Origin: an uncultured Chthonomonadaceae bacterium | Lineage (GTDB): Bacteria > Armatimonadota > Chthonomonadetes > Chthonomonadales > Chthonomonadaceae | Length of the DNA: 64,000 bases | NCBI GenBank assembly: GCA_963817895.1 | Contig: CAWFQB010000003.1 | Location: 544,001-608,000, forward strand | Direction of reading: 5' to 3' | Part shown: positions 29,519-40,980 of the stretch, piece after piece | How positions within the stretch are numbered: position 1 is the first letter of the stretch | Layout of the letters: each line of letters opens with the position of its first letter | Notes under the pieces: model-generated | What the model was told of the DNA's origin: nothing | The model's input: only the letters and a program-made list of their open reading frames with translations | The model's database searches: none | Position numbers and translations under genes: made by a program

Positions 29519-32197
29519 ACGCGACAGCCTGTAGATAAATCTGTTACCGCCGATGTTCTGTGGCGCGTCCGCCTGTTGGAGGGGCCGCTGCTGGAAGATT
29601 CCGGCGGGCAAATCGCGCGCCGTTTTCGGTCGCAGCGCGTCGGCGCGCTGCTGGCTTATCTTGCCCTGCGTCTGGGCCGTCCCTGTCCGCGCGAAGAGCT
29701 ATATGACGCGCTCTGGCCCGAAGAGTCCGATGCGCGCGTGATCGCCAATCGCCTGCGCGTCAGCCTCGCGTCCCTGCGTCGGCAACTGGAGCCGCCCGGT
29801 GTCGCATTCGGAACGGTTCTGGATGTCAGTGATACGGGGCGCATCCGCCTGCGCGCGGAAACTGTCTGGTGCGATGTCATTGCTATAGAGGCCGCAATGC
29901 AGGCAGGCCGCAAAACGGAAGCCGCGCGCCTGCTGACCGGAACGCTGTTGCCGGGTTACTATGACGAATGGGTACTGGCGGCGCGAGCGCGTTGGGAAGT
30001 CCTGCGCGAGGAATGGGAACCGTTGCGGCGTTCGGATGTCGAACCCGAACGGCCCTCTGTTCCAGCCATTCGGCAGGAGTTTGAAAGGCGTTTTGCTTCC
30101 CCGCTGCCCGCCTACCTCACGCGCTTTTTCGGCAGGGAGGCCGAACTCGAAGCGCTGTTCACTCTGCTTTGCGCCCATCGTTTGGTGACGCTGACCGGGC
30201 CGGGAGGCATGGGCAAAACCCGCCTTGCTGTGGAAGCCGTCCGGCGCTCCGATCTGCCTCCCGTCTGGGTTCCGCTTGCCGAAGGAACCGCGCCCGCCTT
30301 TGTTGCCGAAGCGATTTTACGCGCGCTCCACGTCACGCCCATGCTGGAACAGGACCTGGTGGAACAGATTATTGCGGTTCTCCTCCGGCGTGAACCCGTT
30401 CTGCTTCTCCTCGACAATGCGGAGCCTCTCGTGGAAACTGTTGCCGATGTCGCCGCGCGGCTGCTGCAAGCCGTTCCCGAACTTGTTATATTTGTTACCA
30501 GCAGGCAAGCCCTCAATGTGGTTGGCGAAAGCCTGCTGCCGCTCGGTTCTATGGAGATTCCCGCTTCGGACACCCCGCCGGAGAATTTCAATCACATTCC
30601 CGCCGTCGCGCTTCTGGTGGATCGCGCCCGCGGCGTTCGCCCGGATTTCATGTCTGCCCCGCGCCATGCCGCTCCCCTCCTGCATATTTGCCGCCTGCTC
30701 GAAGGCATGCCACTTGCCCTCGAACTCGCCGCCGCCCGTATGGTCGCGCAAACGCCCGCGCAAATCGCCGCGTCGCTCGAAGCGGACTTACTGCAATTGA
30801 AGTCACAGCAACACGGTTTTGCTGCCCGCCACCGTTCCCTGCGCGCCGCCATTCAGGGCAGCGCGGATTTGCTCGATGCGGAAACGCGCTTCTTGTTCGC
30901 CAACCTGTCAATCTTTCAGGGCGGATGGACATTGGAAGCGGTTCGCGCGGTGACGGACTGCGAACAGGCCGAGTCCCTGCTGTCCGACCTGACGCGCCGT
31001 TCCCTGACGCGATGGGTTGAAGACACGAAAACCGGAAGTTTGCGCGGCGCGTTTCTGGAGGCCATTCGCCAGTTTGCCGCCGAGCAGGTGACCCCGTCGC
31101 AGCGCGAAAACCTCGCCCGCCGCCATGCCGATTATTATTTGACGCTGGCCGGCGAAGTTTCGGAAGACGATGTGGACAGCCTGATCCCGCTGGATGCGGA
31201 ACAGGAAAATCTGCCGGCAGCTTTGGAAACCGGTTGGCGCGAACCGTCCGAACGGTTCTGGCCTGCCCTGCGCGGCGCATTGATTTACGCGCATGTGCGC
31301 GGCCTTCACCGGAGGTATCTGCCCTGGGCGGAACGCGCTCTCGCATCTGCCATCAACGCGCCCGACGCCGCCACGCGAACCCGGCTGCGTTTTGCCGCAT
31401 ACACCATCTTCTCGTATGTCGGGCAGTTGGGACGCCTTCGTCCCATTGGCGAAGAGATGCAGCGCGACGCCGATGTCAGCAACAGCCTTTTCGCGCAGGT
31501 ACACGCGCAGTTGATACATTGCTGGGTTTTGGGCGTTACGCGCGAGTTTCAAGCCTTTGCAATTCTCGCGCGACAGACGCTCGAAAAGGCGCGGCTTCTG
31601 GAGGACCAATCCGCTCTGCGCCGCGTCCTCCGCATCACCGGGTTTCTCCTGGGTGTCTACGGCACGGAAATTTCTCCACGCGACCCGGAAGCCGCCCTCG
31701 TGATATGGCAGCAGAGCGAATGGCTGCTCCGCGAATTCCTTGCCACCGCCCCAACCCGTTCCACGCATCTTCCCTATATCAAAAATTCCCTGGTATCCGC
31801 GCTCCGGGCGCAGGGACAGGAAGCCGAAGCCTACGCGATGCTCAAAGACGCGCAGCAAACCGCGCTGGCGCAGGAAAACTACTCCCTGCTCCTTTTCGCA
31901 TTTCGAGAGGAGGCGCGTTTCGTCTTCGCGCAGGGGCAATTCGCCTATGCCGCGCTTCTGTACGGAGCGTACTACGCCCTCAAGGAACGCAACGGATATA
32001 ACATGAACCCCGGCAGTTTGTCCGAGGATGCGCCGCCCGAAACCCTCCCCGCGCTGCTTCCTCCGGGCCAGTACCTACGCCTGCTACAGCAGGGCGGAAA
32101 AATCTCCCTTGCGGTTCTCGCCGCGCTTTCTATGTCCCATCCGCCCCTGTTCGACGCCGATGCCCACTTCCTCACTCCGCCTGACGCCCCGGTGTAA
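29519..32197 (+). CDS. SARP/AfsR-like regulator 2 (wHTH-BTAD + ATPase + helical repeats)
   Basis: LWRVRLL..LLAYLAL..REELYDALWP; GPGGMGKT; LLLLDNAE; GMPLALELAAAR. Start uncertain: ACG 29519 lies 8 nt after AAGGAG. Confidence 0.88.
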   Translation, partial: TRQPVDKSVTADVLWRVRLLEGPLLEDSGGQIARRFRSQRVGALLAYLALRLGRPCPREELYDALWPEESDARVIANRLRVSLASLRRQLEPPGVAFGTVLDVSDTGRIRLRAETVWCDVIAIEAAMQAGRKTEAARLLTGTLLPGYYDEWVLAARARWEVLREEWEPLRRSDVEPERPSVPAIRQEFERRFASPLPAYLTRFFGREAELEALFTLLCAHRLVTLTGPGGMGKTRLAVEAVRRSDLPPVWVPLAEGTAPAFVAEAILRALHVTPMLEQDLVEQIIAVLLRREPVLLLLDNAEPLVETVADVAARLLQAVPELVIFVTSRQALNVVGESLLPLGSMEIPASDTPPENFNHIPAVALLVDRARGVRPDFMSAPRHAAPLLHICRLLEGMPLALELAAARMVAQTPAQIAASLEADLLQLKSQQHGFAARHRSLRAAIQGSADLLDAETRFLFANLSIFQGGWTLEAVRAVTDCEQAESLLSDLTRRSLTRWVEDTKTGSLRGAFLEAIRQFAAEQVTPSQRENLARRHADYYLTLAGEVSEDDVDSLIPLDAEQENLPAALETGWREPSERFWPALRGALIYAHVRGLHRRYLPWAERALASAINAPDAATRTRLRFAAYTIFSYVGQLGRLRPIGEEMQRDADVSNSLFAQVHAQLIHCWVLGVTREFQAFAILARQTLEKARLLEDQSALRRVLRITGFLLGVYGTEISPRDPEAALVIWQQSEWLLREFLATAPTRSTHLPYIKNSLVSALRAQGQEAEAYAMLKDAQQTALAQENYSLLLFAFREEARFVFAQGQFAYAALLYGAYYALKERNGYNMNPGSLSEDAPPETLPALLPPGQYLRLLQQGGKISLAVLAALSMSHPPLFDADAHFLTPPDAPV

Positions 32198-32248
32198 GTA
32201 GGGGTTTTTGCGCCTTCTGCTCTGCCTCCGCCGCTGCGTCGCCGTCTG

Positions 32249-32280
32249 CTAATGCGTGGTTAATGCCTCTGTGTTATAGT
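32249..32280 (+). promoter_or_regulatory. putative SARP-dependent promoter: CTAATGC-N4-TTAATGC-N8-TATAGT
   Basis: Heptamers 32249-55 and 32260-66; -10 at 32275-80; directly downstream of regulator 2 and upstream of a PEP-CTERM gene. Confidence 0.7.
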
Positions 32281-32451
32281 ACCGTCATGACACGCTGCGC
32301 ATGTCGACAGGACGGCCTGCTGCCCAAACATCGCCCACGCGCTTATGTGCCACAGCCTGAACCGGAGCGACGGGTTCCCACCTGCCGTTACCGTCGGGAT
32401 ACCACGCCGAACTCCGCGCCAGCGCCGGAATCGGGAGAGGAAGATTGAAAT

Positions 32452-33382
32452 ATGATAACCACCCTAAGATTCTCACCGCGAAAATGGGTTCCTGGCCTGT
32501 CTGTACTGGTGCTGCTGCCCCTGTGCCACAAAGCGACCGCGCAACATTCGATGTTCTCCGAGTCAATTGTCGGTGTGAACAACGGCGGGTACATCGCCAG
32601 TCTCGACTTTAGTTACGTCACGGACAATTCAACGGCTTCTGCTTACGCCATGCCCTCGTTCACCGGAATGGATGGCATGGGAAACACGCAGACGATGACT
32701 TTCACGGGCAGCACCGTTTCCCAATCGGATTACGGCAGGCTACACGTCTTGACGACGGGAACGCTCGCCAACTCCTACTACAACGTCAACAATCAGCCCT
32801 ATGCCAATGCCAATGGTAATATCATCAACACCGCAGGCTCGCCTACCTCCCTGACGACATTAGGCTTTGCGGTCTTCAACGACACGCTTCAATATGGAGG
32901 AGCGCTGCAAAGCGGATACAAAGCCCGCTATATTTTCCATGTAGATGGAACCAACTCCGGCACAGGCACGTTGGCGGATTTGGAACGTCACCGTGGATAC
33001 CAATCCGAGCGAAGGTTTTTTTGACTCCAATCTCGGACCTATTTCCACCGATTGGGTGACGCAAGACTACGCTGTCAACGGCATCGTTCCTCAGAACATC
33101 AACGTTCAATTCTCAGACCAAACTGTCTTCAACACCTATGACCTGACCGATGAACAGAACTACAGCGGCGCCTCGAACTTTTCCTCCACCCTCACGCTGG
33201 CGGGCATTGAACTGGTAGACAGCAATGGTAATCTCGCGTCCGGCTGGACGGTCACTTCCGCATCCGGCACACGCTACAATGCAATTCAGGGTATTCTCGT
33301 TCCCGAACCGGGAAGTATGGCGCTTTGCATCGGACTGGCAAGCGTTGGCGCAGGCTTGTATGGCAGGCGACGGCGCAAATAG
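32452..33382 (+). CDS. PEP-CTERM surface protein (frameshift near 32985)
   Basis: Signal peptide in first ORF; VPEPGS + TM + RRRRK in second ORF. Confidence 0.85.
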
Positions 33383-33407
33383 CGCAGGAATTCTCCTGTA
33401 TTGTAGG

Positions 33408-33451
33408 GAAACGTCCCTCACTGCGAAAGTATTGCAGTGGGGGACGTTTTT
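33408..33451 (+). terminator. rho-independent terminator
   Basis: AAACGTCCCTCACTGC-loop-GCAGTGGGGACGTTTTT. Confidence 0.7.
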
Positions 33452-33563
33452 CGTCTGAACCGGCATAGAGATTGCCTGATAGCAGCCTTGTGCGCCATGT
33501 CGCCGTTTGCCTTTGACGCCCTTGCCGCGCAGGAGGAAGTCTCGCGCAGAAAGAAGTTTTTAG

Positions 33564-34926
33564 ATGACGGATGCCACCGACATTTCCCGCCTCATCATTC
33601 AACTGTTTGATTACGCCGTCGAGGCGATGCTGATTCTGGATACGGAGGGGCGCATACTGTACGTGAATCAGGCGACCGCCGATTTTGGCGGCACGACGGT
33701 TGCGGCAATGCGGGGCAGATTGCTGTGGGATGTGTTTCCCGATACCGCCGGTCCCGCATACGAGTTCGCATTTCCGTCGGGCTGTGCGCGAACAGGTTCC
33801 GGTCACGATTGAATTCTATTTTCCGCCCGCGAATTTGTGGTTTGAGGTGCGCTTCTACCCGTCCCCCGAAGCGGTTGCCCTGTTCGCCGCCAACATTACT
33901 GAGCGCAAGCAGGCAACCGAAGCCATTCGCCTGTCAGAAGAAAAATATCGCAGGCTTCTTGACAGCGTAGATCAGGGGTACGCGCAGTGTGAGATGATCT
34001 GGGACGAGGAGGGAATGCCGATAAACTACCGCTTTCTGGAAGTCAACCCCGCCTTCGAGCGCATGTCCGGGCTTGCCGACGCAGGCGGTAAGATGGTGAA
34101 GGAACTGGTTCCCGATCTGGAAACCGCCTGGCTTGAGCGGTACGGACAAGTCGCGCATACGGGCAAATCGCTGCGTTTTCAGCAGGGTTCTGAGGTGATG
34201 GGGAGGGTGTTCGATGTGTTCGTGACGCCAACGGGAGGCAGTGGATTCCTCATTCTGTTCACGGACATTACGGAACGCCTGCGCCGCGAACAGGAAAATG
34301 AGGCGCTCAACCTCCGCCTGCGTCGCGCCATGCAGGAGACGCATCACCGCGTCAAAAATAATTTGCAGGTGATTTCCGCGCTGGTTGAAATGCAGGCTGT
34401 GGACGCGATTAATGAAGCGACGGCTACGCCGCTGCGCCGCATCAACCAGCATGTTCAGACGCTTTCGGTCATTCACGACCTGCTGACCCGCAACGCCAAC
34501 AACAACTCCAACCTCTCCCATCTGGGCGTCCGCTCTGTGCTTATGACGCTGCTCCCCCTCCTGCAAAACACCATCGGCAATCGTCGCATTGTCGCGAATA
34601 TTGAAGACGTTTCGCTTACCGCGCAGAAAGCGGCTTCGCTCGCGCTGCTTGTCAGCGAGTGCGTCAGTAACGCCGTCAAGCACGGAAAGGGCGACATCGA
34701 AGTCACCCTGCGAAACGAGGGCGCGTCCGCGCGTCTGGAAATTTGTGACGACGGCAGCGGCTTTCCGCCCAACTTCAACGCGCGCAAGGCCGCGAACACG
34801 GGGCTTCAACTGATCGAAAGCGCGGGATGCTGGGATTTAGGGGGTGAAGTGCAATACGACAACCACGAGGCGGGCGGCGGTCGCATTACCATTACCTTTC
34901 CCCTCGAAGCTGACGCAAAGCCATAA
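33564..34926 (+). CDS. PAS-domain sensor histidine kinase (HisKA_2 type), frameshift near 33760
   Basis: Two PAS-like domains; ETHHRVKNNLQ H-box; N-box NAVKH; DDGSG. Confidence 0.88.
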
Positions 34927-35070
34927 AATGTCTGCCTGTATAATCCTGCGCAAACTACGCGCGCGAATTTTGCGAATGAATTATTAAGAATAGGGCGGAA
35001 AGTAGTAAAATAGAATGAGAATATGAAGTTGATGAACGCGCTCTGCGTACCAGATAAATGAGGCAATACC

Positions 35071-35662
35071 ATGAAACGTGACTTTTCGGAAGTAACTCTC
35101 CAGCAGGCAATGCGGCATATCGGGCAGGAGAACATTCTGCGCTGGCAAATAAACGCCTCATCCCAACAACCGAGTGAACTCCTGCGGCAACGCTGGCAGA
35201 GTCTACACCGTGTTCGGGCGGGGTTCTTCGGATCAGGTGGAGTCATGGTACATTGACGCGCTCTTGCTGGAAGTGGTTCCCGACCAACCGAAGTTGAAGG
35301 TGTGGAAGGGAATGGCGCTGGAAACCGACACGCTGACGGGAATTGCGGATTATTTGATTGCGCCGAAATACGCTTATCTGGATACGCCGGTCTTGTGCGG
35401 CGTGGAAGCGCGTAGGGACGACTTCGAGCGGGCGCAAACGCTGTGCATCGCGCAAATGGACGCCTGCCGCTGGAGCAATGCGCAGTCGGGGCGCATCGTA
35501 GACATTCACGGCTTCGTCAGCAACGGCGCGATGTGGCATTTCTACCGTCTGGCGCATGGCGGCGCAACTTACGAAACAGAAATGCAGGTTATCAGCCGAA
35601 TGCCGGAACTGCTCGGCGCATTGGATTACATCTGCGCGGAGTGCGCGAAGAATATTCTCTGA
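35071..35662 (+). CDS. hypothetical PD-(D/E)XK-like protein, frameshifted/degenerate
   Basis: G.ADYLIAP...VEAR.DDFE; frameshift near 35210. Confidence 0.55.
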
Positions 35663-35857
35663 AATATAGAAAGGAAAAAGTCGGATACTGCTGAAAGGTG
35701 TGCTGAAGATTGAAGTGTTTTCGTACTCTCATCCTGTATTTGAGTGGATATAAAGGATTTTGCCCTCGCTTGGAAAATTACAATGATGATGTAACTTTTC
35801 AGGCGTAAGCCCCTGTCAGTAATTTCATAGTAAGTAAACTCTGTGAGGTAGTAAAAG

Positions 35858-36851
35858 TTGAGCCTGAGCGACGACATTCTTGAAAAATCTATTGCTGCCG
35901 CTATTTCATCAATAGAGGTATACAACAAACCTACATTTGCTTTTCGTGAAGAAACGTTTTCAATCCTTATGACAAGCGCATGGGAGCTGATGCTGAAGGC
36001 AAAATTTATTAAGGACAAGGGCGAAGATTTCAATGCTATTGTCGTTACACATAAAGTCACTTTGCCTGATGGCAAAGTTGAGGACCATCCTAAATCGAAC
36101 CGTAGCGGAAATGCAATCACATTTGATGTGACTCACATGCTGAACCTACTTTCTACTCAGTCACCTTGCATCATTTCCAAACCTTGCCTCAGTAATTCTT
36201 TTGCTGGTTGAAGTGCGGGACAACTCTGTTCATTTTATCAATAAAGACCTCCACTTTTCGCGTCGTATTCAAGAAATTGGTCTTGCATCACTTAAAAACT
36301 ACCTGTCTTGCATCCAAGAGTGGTTCAATAGGGATTTATCATGTTATAATTTTTATCTGATGCCGCTCTCATTCTTTCATGGATTTGAGGCAATCGAAGT
36401 TGCCTCTGTCAACGCTTATTCTGAACAGATGAAAAATCTGGTGAAGTATATTGAGCATATAGAAAAAACAAATCCGTCTGAAGAAGGAGAAAACTACAGC
36501 GTCACAATGCGAGTAGAGACGAAACTCTGCCGCTCAAAAGATGAAGACGCCTTGCCCTACCGCTTTACGAATGATCCTGACGTGCCAGCAATCACTGTTC
36601 GAGAAGAAGATGCTTTGCAAGGGTTTCCATACGACTTCAGAACATTGACCAATTTACTTAAAAAGCGATACGAAAACTTTATTGAGAACCGAGCTTACCA
36701 TGACTTGAGAAAGAAGTTGGAAGGGAATCCAAAATACTGCAAAGTTCGCCAACTTGATTCACGAAGATTGGGTAGTTCCACAAAGAGGTATTTCAGTAGT
36801 GAGATAATCAAGGAGTTTGACGCCCACTACTTCAAGCGTACTGCTTCCTGA
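35858..36851 (+). CDS. DUF3644 domain protein (HEPN-like), AT-rich, frameshift near 36200
   Basis: SAIEVYNKP-type motif (SSIEVYNKP.F.FREETF.ILM..AWELMLKA); RDNSVH; visibly lower GC than flanks. Confidence 0.8.
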
Positions 36852-36979
36852 CATGAAGTTTCTCTTCATCTGGAGCCTACCTGCACTCCTTACCGCAACG
36901 CCTGAAGTTTGCAGGAATTCCTCACTCCATTCGCTAATCTCTCCTTGTGGAAATTCGACTATCGCAAGGAGATTGCTTT

Positions 36980-38536
36980 ATGCCTCTGAAAATCGCTATG
37001 ATTGGAGCCGGGAGTATCGGCTTCACGCGCCGTCTGATGGCCGACCTGCTCACTGTGCCGGAGTTTGCCGACACGACGTTTGCCTTTACCGACCTCAACG
37101 CCCACAATCTAGACATGGTGCGCCAGCTTGCCGAGCGCGACATTGCCCACAACCACCTGCCCGCCAAAATAGAAGCCACGACTGACCGCCGAGCCGCCAT
37201 TGCCGACAGCGATTATGTGATCTGCATGATCCGGCAGGGCGGGCTGGAAGGCTTCCAGACCGACATTGACATTCCCCTCAAGTACGGCATTGACCAGTGC
37301 GTGGGCGATACCATTTGCGCGGGCGGCATCATGTACGCGCAGCGCGGCATTGCGGCCCTGCTGGACTTTTGCAAGGACATTCGCGAAGTGGCAAAGCCCG
37401 GCGCGCTGTTTCTGAACTACTCCAACCCGATGGCGATGCTGACATGGGCGTGCAACAAATACGGCGGCGTCAAGACCGTCGGCCTGTGTCACGGCGTTCA
37501 GGGCGCGCAGCACCAGATTGCCGATTGCGTGACCCACTGGGCGAAGGGGAAGGGCATTATCGGGGAAGACGAGAAGGTACACCGCCGGGACATTGAGTTC
37601 ACGTTCGCGGGCATCAACCATCAAACGTGGTGCTTAAAGGCCGTATGGCGCGAGTACGATTTGATTCCCATGCTGCTCGACCTGTTCCAATCCCACCCCA
37701 AATACCCGACGACGGAAAAAGTCCGCATTGACGTGCTGAAACGCTTCGGCTACTACTCGACCGAAAGCAACGGGCATCTGTCCGAGTACGTCCCCTGGTA
37801 TCGCAAGCGGCTGGATGATATTAACAAATGGATTGATTTGAGCACGTGGATCAATGGCGAAACGGGCGGGTATCTGCGCGTCTGCACCGAAGGCCGCAAC
37901 TGGTTCGAGACGGATTTCCCCAACTGGATGTCACAGGAACCGCCCACGTTCACTCCCGAAAAGCGCAGCGACGAACACGGCAGTTACATCATCGAGGGGC
38001 TGGAAACCGGGCGGACGTACCGGGGCCATTTCAATGTGCCGAATACGGGCATCATTACCAACCTGCCGGACGGCTGCATCATTGAATCGCTGGGATTTGT
38101 GGATCGCAACGGCATCAATATGGCGCACATCGGCGACCTGCCGCTCGCCTGCGCCGCAACGTGCAATGTTTCGGTCAACGTGCAGCGCATGGGCATGGAA
38201 GCGGCTGTTCACGGCGACGTGACGCTGCTAAAACAGGCCATGCTGCACGACCCGCTCGTTGGCGCGGTTTGCGATCCCGAAGAGGTGTGGCAAATGACAG
38301 ACGAGATGCTCGTGGCGCAGGCCGAATGGCTGCCGCAGTACGCTTCGTCTGTTCCCGCCGCGCAAGCGCGACTTGCGGAGCATGAGGCGAATGGAACCCG
38401 CGTAAAGACGATGGAGGGTTTTGCGGGCATGGCGCGGCTGCACACCAAAACGGTCGAGGAGATGGCCGCCCAAAAAGAGGAAGCCCGAAAGAACGCGCAG
38501 GCCGCCGACAAAGGCAAAATGACGCAGAATGCCTGA
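36980..38536 (+). CDS. glycoside hydrolase family 4 alpha-galactosidase/glucosidase
   Basis: IGAGSIGF, DIDIPLKYG.DQCVGDT, NYSNP, GLCHG, GINH, TESNGHLSEY. Confidence 0.92.
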   Translation: MPLKIAMIGAGSIGFTRRLMADLLTVPEFADTTFAFTDLNAHNLDMVRQLAERDIAHNHLPAKIEATTDRRAAIADSDYVICMIRQGGLEGFQTDIDIPLKYGIDQCVGDTICAGGIMYAQRGIAALLDFCKDIREVAKPGALFLNYSNPMAMLTWACNKYGGVKTVGLCHGVQGAQHQIADCVTHWAKGKGIIGEDEKVHRRDIEFTFAGINHQTWCLKAVWREYDLIPMLLDLFQSHPKYPTTEKVRIDVLKRFGYYSTESNGHLSEYVPWYRKRLDDINKWIDLSTWINGETGGYLRVCTEGRNWFETDFPNWMSQEPPTFTPEKRSDEHGSYIIEGLETGRTYRGHFNVPNTGIITNLPDGCIIESLGFVDRNGINMAHIGDLPLACAATCNVSVNVQRMGMEAAVHGDVTLLKQAMLHDPLVGAVCDPEEVWQMTDEMLVAQAEWLPQYASSVPAAQARLAEHEANGTRVKTMEGFAGMARLHTKTVEEMAAQKEEARKNAQAADKGKMTQNA

Positions 38537-38720
38537 GATATTCGTGGAGTAGGACGTTCCTGATGCGCCGCGCTTTGCGACAATCCGTTCGTGTTCACCA
38601 CGAATTTCGACGTGGCAACTGCGGCGTCATCGGAACCGATACAGGGCGGAAATACGGTCAATCATTCTCTGCCCCTGAATTATCCATAAACATCGCCGGA
38701 AGGCGCGTGCCTACGGAAGG

Positions 38721-39578
38721 CTAAACTCTATCCAGCGCTCCCATAACTCCCGCTGACGGTTCGCTTGCGGATTCATCCTCCGGCAACAGGGGGTAGATCA
38801 GTTGGTCAAGCAGGGAAGGGGGCAAAGTGGCTTCGATCCCATACGAGTCGGGCCATTCGTTCGGCAGGTTGTGCGTGCCGAAGAGACGGTCCAGCCAGGG
38901 GAAGACGGAAGCGTAGTTGCGGTTGATTGGCCCGGTTCTGGTGTGGTGCCAGTGGTGAAACTTCGGGGTGGATACCAGCCATTCCAGAAGGCCGAAGCGC
39001 CAGCGCAGGTTGGCGTGAATGAGAAATCCCCACAACGTGCCGATAAGAATCACCACAACCGGAAGCGCGCTGCCGCCCGACGCGCTTGACGGGCCAGCCA
39101 GTCCCAGCATGACCATCGGCACAATTCCGCAAAACCGGCTGAACACCATGTCCAGCGGATGCGCGCGCGTGTTGACCAGAAAATCTACCTCTTCCGCGCT
39201 GTGGTGTATCGCATGAAAACGCCACAGGAACGGATTTTCGTGGCTCCAGCGATGCCCCCAGTAATAACCGATTTCCCCTGCAACAAGTCCGACTGCAACC
39301 CGCGCCCAAAAGGGGAGTGATCCTGTGAAAGCGAAAACGCTTTCGGGTACGACATGTCGGACCGACCATCCCAGAAGCGCTACCGGCACACTTAACAAAG
39401 CGGCGGGAACCAGACTGCTGATAAAGTAGTAGCAGAGGTCAAGCCCAATACCTTTTCGCAGCCCTGTGTGGGCATGGACGGCAAAAAAACGCTCCAGTGG
39501 CACAAAAATAACGACCAGAATCGCCAGCCACACGGAGAGCCGAAAGATGCTGAGTAACAAGACTAGAATGGGTGCCAT
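38721..39578 (-). CDS. sterol desaturase / fatty acid hydroxylase family protein
   Basis: His boxes HRWSH, HAIHH, H(ANL), HHWHH; multiple TM helices. Confidence 0.9.
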   Translation of the reverse strand: MAPILVLLLSIFRLSVWLAILVVIFVPLERFFAVHAHTGLRKGIGLDLCYYFISSLVPAALLSVPVALLGWSVRHVVPESVFAFTGSLPFWARVAVGLVAGEIGYYWGHRWSHENPFLWRFHAIHHSAEEVDFLVNTRAHPLDMVFSRFCGIVPMVMLGLAGPSSASGGSALPVVVILIGTLWGFLIHANLRWRFGLLEWLVSTPKFHHWHHTRTGPINRNYASVFPWLDRLFGTHNLPNEWPDSYGIEATLPPSLLDQLIYPLLPEDESASEPSAGVMGALDRV

Positions 39579-39672
39579 CAGGTACTATCCCGGCGCGTTG
39601 ATGAAGGGGACTGGAATGTAGGCAAAACAGCCGCTCGAACATCAACGAAACGTGTCCTCGGTTGATTTATTA

Positions 39673-39723
39673 CCGTTGCAACGGCCCGAAGCAGGATGAA
39701 ACATCTTCGGGCCGTTGCAACGG
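39673..39723. terminator. perfect 19-bp hairpin between PEP-CTERM and desaturase genes
   Basis: CCGTTGCAACGGCCCGAAG / CTTCGGGCCGTTGCAACGG. Confidence 0.55.
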
Positions 39724-39751
39724 CAGGGTGAAGTCTGCGCGAATGTCAGTC

Positions 39752-40489
39752 TTACTTCGCGGATTTCGCGGACCGGGCGCGGCGGCGGACGAAAACGCCG
39801 GAGCCGACAACGCCGATGAACAGCGCGGCCAGAGCCGTTGGTTCCGGCACGGCGGCGACGGATACGCCGTCCAGCAGGGAGAACGGGGGTTCGCCCGCCG
39901 GTGTGCCTACCGCCAGAAACGACAGCAACTGACTGGTGGAATGGGCGGTGTACGTGAACGTCTGCGCCTGCCAGCCGGTGAAACCGTGCTCGGCGTTATC
40001 CAGGAGGGCCGTGGACTGCATATCGCCTCCGAAACTCACCTTGAACTGCTCCTTAGTCGCGCCGCTACGCCCCAATTGCTGCGCGCCGGCCCAGTAGAAA
40101 CTGACGGCATATTTGTTGCCCACAATCAGGTTGGTGACGGTTTGTTGAATAGGCTGTATTTGAAAGCCTCCATCCAGCGCGACGAAATTGCCGCCATTGG
40201 GGCTGGACACAGGCATCCCGTTGGCAGAGCCATCGTTCGGCCCCCAGAGTTTGACAGTTCCATACTGGCCGACTGCGCCGGTTGTATCCGCAGTTCCCGA
40301 AGCGAACAGGAAGGCGTAACCCCCGGACGGCACGGTCCAACCTGTCGCTGTGGTGTTGTAACTCAACTGGCCGTTGCCGTTTGTGGTCGCCTCAAAACCT
40401 CCATTGAGCAGCGTCTGCGCCCGCGCGACGCCGGACATGCCGATGAACAATCCCATTACCGCACTACCAATTTTTACCTTTTTTGTCAT
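39752..40489 (-). CDS. PEP-CTERM surface protein (galactose-binding-like fold)
   Basis: Signal peptide, LLNGGFE, VPEPT + TM + RRRAR; GGAAAG upstream. Confidence 0.9.
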   Translation of the reverse strand: MTKKVKIGSAVMGLFIGMSGVARAQTLLNGGFEATTNGNGQLSYNTTATGWTVPSGGYAFLFASGTADTTGAVGQYGTVKLWGPNDGSANGMPVSSPNGGNFVALDGGFQIQPIQQTVTNLIVGNKYAVSFYWAGAQQLGRSGATKEQFKVSFGGDMQSTALLDNAEHGFTGWQAQTFTYTAHSTSQLLSFLAVGTPAGEPPFSLLDGVSVAAVPEPTALAALFIGVVGSGVFVRRRARSAKSAK

Positions 40490-40980
40490 GTGTCTTTCCT
40501 CTGTAGAATGAATCGCCATCGCCGAATTCGGGATGGACACGCCTTCGCATCTACTTGACAGACTGTATCCTGTAATAAATACATCAACGCGCTTCGCAAC
40601 ATCTATCGAAGTATGTACATGCCATTTTCGCGCTAATATGTCGAAATCTATAGGCGTGATGCTGCGAATCGGGTATATCTGCCGGAGAAATGTCTGCTTG
40701 ACATGAGAATATTAGCGGGAGTAGAGGCCGGACGTTTACGGGGTGGCGAAGGGAAAGTGTCAGGTTGGAAACGGATAGGGGCAGATGCGGCGCGTTCTTT
40801 AGCGCGCTGTTTTGAAGGGATGTGAGAAAAAAGGTTATGAGAAGGGATATGGCGGGAAACCGGTGAAATACCTGCTGCGCAAGCCGGGTGGCCTGCGCGG
40901 CAGGATACGAAAAGCGTGTGAAGATACGCGAAACAGGATTACATGGTGAAGAGGGGACAATGCCCGAAATTCCGCGTCGC

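Noticed and set aside
40600..40630. Sigma-54 promoter for the PEP-CTERM gene (TGGCATG on minus strand)
   Set aside because: The -12 GC element is missing
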